The notes under the pieces were generated by a model. It saw only the letters and a list, made by a program, of their open reading frames with translations. It searched no databases and was not told the DNA's origin. Of a stretch of 10,488 nucleotides of DNA, positions 7,989 to 10,488 are shown one piece after another. Origin of the DNA: Candidatus Heimdallarchaeota archaeon (GTDB lineage Archaea > Asgardarchaeota > Heimdallarchaeia > Heimdallarchaeales > Heimdallarchaeaceae); contig JAEOTE010000034.1 of the NCBI GenBank assembly GCA_016839945.1, positions 1 through 10,488 on the forward strand. Reading direction: 5' to 3'. Numbering within the stretch: the stretch's first letter is position 1; the number at the start of each line of letters is the position of its first letter. Made by a program: the position numbers and the translations under genes.

Positions 7989-7993
7989 AAACT

Positions 7994-8419
7994 CTAATGA
8001 GTACCTTCTTCTATTAGTTTTTCAATATGTTTTACATACTCATCGACTTTCATCAGATGATCGGTTCCATTGGTTGGTTTAACTCTAAGAATCCAACCTT
8101 CACCATAACAATCTTCAGTAATGGGGGCTGCATCGTCTTCTAGTTCTGAATGTACTTCAACAACTTCGCAATCGAATGGTGCATAGAAATCAACAACTGC
8201 TTTTAGAGCTTCAATAATTCCCATAGATCCTTCATTAGAAAAGGTGTCTCCTACGGAAGGAAGCTCAACGTAAGCTAGTTCTCCTAGTTCTACACTAGCG
8301 TAATTGCTGACTCCGTATAACCAGATGCCTCCTCCTTCTTCTTTGACCCACTCTGAATCTTTAGTATAGAGTAAATCATCCTTTATTGTATATTTATCTT
8401 TAATTACAATATCGCCCAT
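7994..8419 (-). CDS. gcvH: Glycine cleavage system H protein (lipoyl carrier)
   Basis: LLYTKDSEWV, GVSNYA...LGELAYVELP, the lipoyl-lysine motif IEALKAVVDFYAP and YGEGWI, with a GAGGA SD upstream. Confidence 0.95.
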   Translation of the reverse strand: MGDIVIKDKYTIKDDLLYTKDSEWVKEEGGGIWLYGVSNYASVELGELAYVELPSVGDTFSNEGSMGIIEALKAVVDFYAPFDCEVVEVHSELEDDAAPITEDCYGEGWILRVKPTNGTDHLMKVDEYVKHIEKLIEEGTH

Positions 8420-8466
8420 TTTTATTCCTCTTTTTATAGTAGAATTGTCTTAACGAAAGAAGTTTG

Positions 8467-8482
8467 ATTTATAATTGTTTCC
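8467..8482 (-). promoter_or_regulatory. BRE-TATA promoter of gcvH-gcvPA-gcvPB
   Basis: Minus strand GGAAACAATTATAAAT about 50 nt upstream of the gcvH ATG. Confidence 0.55.
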
Positions 8483-8620
8483 TTGTGTAATAGTGCAATT
8501 AGTTTTTTGTTAGGTAATCGAATAAGGACTGTTTAGTGGGAGAATGAATATCACTATTAGTCAGTTTGAATGGATGAAAAACGGCTTTAAACGCATGTTT
8601 GGGAGAAGATATTACTGGTG

Positions 8621-8629
8621 TATTTATAG
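8621..8629 (+). promoter_or_regulatory. TATA box for a probably leaderless tnpB transcript
   Basis: TATTTATAG centred about 25 nt upstream of ATG 8651, with no obvious SD. Confidence 0.4.
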
Positions 8630-8650
8630 GAAGAAGTAGCTAAGATAATA

Positions 8651-9916
8651 ATGACCCAAGTCTTGAGAGTAGAGCAGATTGAAGTGGGGTTGAACAAGGA
8701 ATTAAGCAAGGTTTGTCACCAAGCTAAAAACCTTTACAATCGAGCAAATTATCTGTTCAAAGAGTCATTAAAAAAGCATAACAAATTCCTTTTCTACTAC
8801 GACCTCAACAAACTCCTAAAAGAGGAAGAATGTTATAAGGTCCTACCTGCCCATACTGCTCAACACACTCTTAAACTTCTTAACAGGAACTGGAAAGCTT
8901 ACTTTCGAGCTCTAAAAGAGTGGAAGAAGGACTCAAGTTTATTCTTCTCTCAACCTCAACCTCCAGGATATAAAGCTAGAAACGGGGAGATGATGGCTAT
9001 TTTCTCTAACCAGCAGGCAAAGATAAGAAATGGATGGTTGGTCTTACCCAAGAAAGTGGGTTTTTCATACAAGACCCGTTTAACTGAGAACATTAAACTA
9101 AGAGAAGTTCGCATTATCCCTCGAAGAGTAGGGTACACTTTAGATCTGGTTTATCCTAAGATCCTCCCTAACTTCAAGAAGAAACGACGAACTAGAAAAG
9201 GGGCAATAGATTTGGGTCTTCATAATCTCGTAACCTTTGTGGATAACCTCGGAAATCAACCGATTGTTGTCAAGGATCACGGGAGAGGAATAAAAAGCAT
9301 AACACAGTATTATTTGAAAGTACAGACACAGTTAAGAGAACAATATGTTCAACAGCAGAAGAAGAATTTGAAAGGCAATAAGATCAAGCTAAACTATGGA
9401 ACTAGTTTCTATTATCTTCGTGAGAAGTGGAGAAAGAAACTCCGAGATACCATCCACAAACTCACCCACTATTTAGTAGAGTTGTGGGTAGAACGAGGAT
9501 TACATGAAGTGGTGATAGGTTACAACGAGAAGTGGAAACAAGGATTGCATTTCTGGAAGAAGACCACTCAAATGTTCGTAACTATCCCTTTTCAACGAAT
9601 CATCAACATTTTAAAATACAAAAGCATGGAGAGAGGTATTCTTGTTGAGACAATTCCTGAAGAGTATACCTCTAAATGCAGTTTTCTTGATAACGAGTTC
9701 CCCCAACACTACTCCACTTATGTTGGAAAAAGAATCAAACGAGGATTATTCCGCAGTTCTCATGGTCATTTGATCAATGCAGATGTTAATGCTGCTTATA
9801 ACATTTTGATCAAAAGCGATCCGAAAACCATATCTAAGCGTGTGGTGAACGGGGTAGGAGGGTACGTGATGTACCCACTCAGAGTAAGTATAGAACATCT
9901 TCATTGTTCTATATGA
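8651..9916 (+). CDS. tnpB: RNA-guided endonuclease TnpB family protein
   Basis: N-terminal AKNLYNRANY helix, QPPGYK, LREVRIIP, RuvC-I GAIDLGLHNL (D187), VVIGYNEKWKQ, IPEEYTSKCSFLD (E337), RIKRGLF and RuvC-III INADVNAAYNI (D378). The protein is 421 aa and highly basic. Confidence 0.95.
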   Translation: MTQVLRVEQIEVGLNKELSKVCHQAKNLYNRANYLFKESLKKHNKFLFYYDLNKLLKEEECYKVLPAHTAQHTLKLLNRNWKAYFRALKEWKKDSSLFFSQPQPPGYKARNGEMMAIFSNQQAKIRNGWLVLPKKVGFSYKTRLTENIKLREVRIIPRRVGYTLDLVYPKILPNFKKKRRTRKGAIDLGLHNLVTFVDNLGNQPIVVKDHGRGIKSITQYYLKVQTQLREQYVQQQKKNLKGNKIKLNYGTSFYYLREKWRKKLRDTIHKLTHYLVELWVERGLHEVVIGYNEKWKQGLHFWKKTTQMFVTIPFQRIINILKYKSMERGILVETIPEEYTSKCSFLDNEFPQHYSTYVGKRIKRGLFRSSHGHLINADVNAAYNILIKSDPKTISKRVVNGVGGYVMYPLRVSIEHLHCSI

Positions 9917-10000
9917 TAACCTCTGATAAAAGTTGTGCTGTAATTACCCAATTCCACAAAACTACATCATAAAGTTTATCAAATATTATGAAAAGAAATT
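9800..10000 (+). ncRNA. Predicted TnpB omegaRNA (reRNA) scaffold plus guide, overlapping the tnpB 3' end; 5' limit approximate
   Basis: Hairpins: GGGTAC-gtgat-GTACCC (9860-9876); TATAGAACA-tcttcat-TGTTCTATA (9889-9913); and a long imperfect stem TGATAAA..TTGTG..CACAA..TTTATCA (9924-9981). The position matches known TnpB omegaRNAs. Confidence 0.55.
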
Positions 10001-10024
10001 TTTTATTGTTTAAGTATCCTAAAT

Positions 10025-10453
10025 TCATAAATCAAGAATAACATGACAATACCAATTTTCTTGTCTTTTTTCTACCTTAAACTCATACATAGTTACAGCT
10101 TTTACATCTGTTAATAAAATATCTTCATCCCAATTTATCTCAGCTCCCAAAGCCTTACAAGTTAGTACCAATTGTTCTTTTTTTTCAATCGTGATTTCAA
10201 AATCACTAAAAAGAACAGTATCTACATCCTTCAAGTAAATAAGTTCGCTTAAGAAATCATAAAGTAACATTTTTTCATCTTCAGCTTTGACTTCAAAACA
10301 CCATTCCTTATCTTTTCCAATGGTGTTAGAAATGACCATGGCTTCCATTGTTGCCAAACCTGCTCCTTTGAAAAGTTCAGATAAGGTATCAGCAATGACC
10401 TCAAAAGCATAGTCAGACTTTACTTCATCTTCGAGTATTTTATACTCAAACAT
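10025..10453 (-). CDS. Archease (RtcB tRNA-ligase activator family)
   Basis: YKILED..SDYAFEV...TLSELF..AGLA, LLYDFLSELIYLKD, DVKAVT and terminal WYCHVILDL. Start is ATG 10453, or TTG 10462 as in the ORF track. Confidence 0.9.
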   Translation of the reverse strand: MFEYKILEDEVKSDYAFEVIADTLSELFKGAGLATMEAMVISNTIGKDKEWCFEVKAEDEKMLLYDFLSELIYLKDVDTVLFSDFEITIEKKEQLVLTCKALGAEINWDEDILLTDVKAVTMYEFKVEKRQENWYCHVILDL

Positions 10454-10488
10454 TATACTCAACCCAAAGTTGCAACTCTCAGTTAAAA

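Larger units (their letters stand above)
8488..9982 (+). mobile_element. Non-autonomous TnpB-only insertion sequence (IS1341-like, IS200/IS605 superfamily); boundaries approximate
   Basis: A tnpB ORF without tnpA lies in the opposite orientation to the flanking host genes. There are inverted repeats upstream (8488-8562) and downstream (9924-9981), and a TCAA at 9979-9982 as candidate right end. The left boundary is poorly defined. Confidence 0.65.

Noticed and set aside
8956-9138. 60-aa minus-strand ORF inside tnpB
   Set aside because: Antisense shadow with no TnpA HUH or serine-recombinase motif.
9917-10024. Possible CRISPR array next to the RuvC protein (Cas12f-like system)
   Set aside because: No regularly spaced direct repeats on either side and no cas genes; the protein is best read as transposon TnpB.

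Overview
AT-rich archaeal DNA, judged from a group II chaperonin, archease, BRE/TATA promoters and GGTGA/GGAGG ribosome-binding sites. An Asgard/Heimdallarchaeia-like source is plausible but is inference only. Gene order: (-) a 5'-intact, window-truncated MenA/UBIAD1-type prenyltransferase missed by the ORF track, which carries an extra ~130-aa N-terminal PNPOx-like domain; (-) a thermosome subunit with a (GGMP)n tail; (+, divergent) a thioredoxin(CxxC)-V4R-V4R fusion protein; (+) a 4-TM hypothetical protein; (-) glycine cleavage genes gcvH-gcvPA-gcvPB, with no gcvT or L-protein gene in the window; (+) a solo TnpB element with a rearranged RuvC-II, no C4 zinc finger and a structured 3' omegaRNA/right-end region; (-) archease. 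The best candidates for new biology are the Trx-V4R-V4R protein (with its membrane neighbour and the promoter region shared with the chaperonin), the PNPOx-like/MenA fusion, and the rearranged TnpB with its predicted guide.
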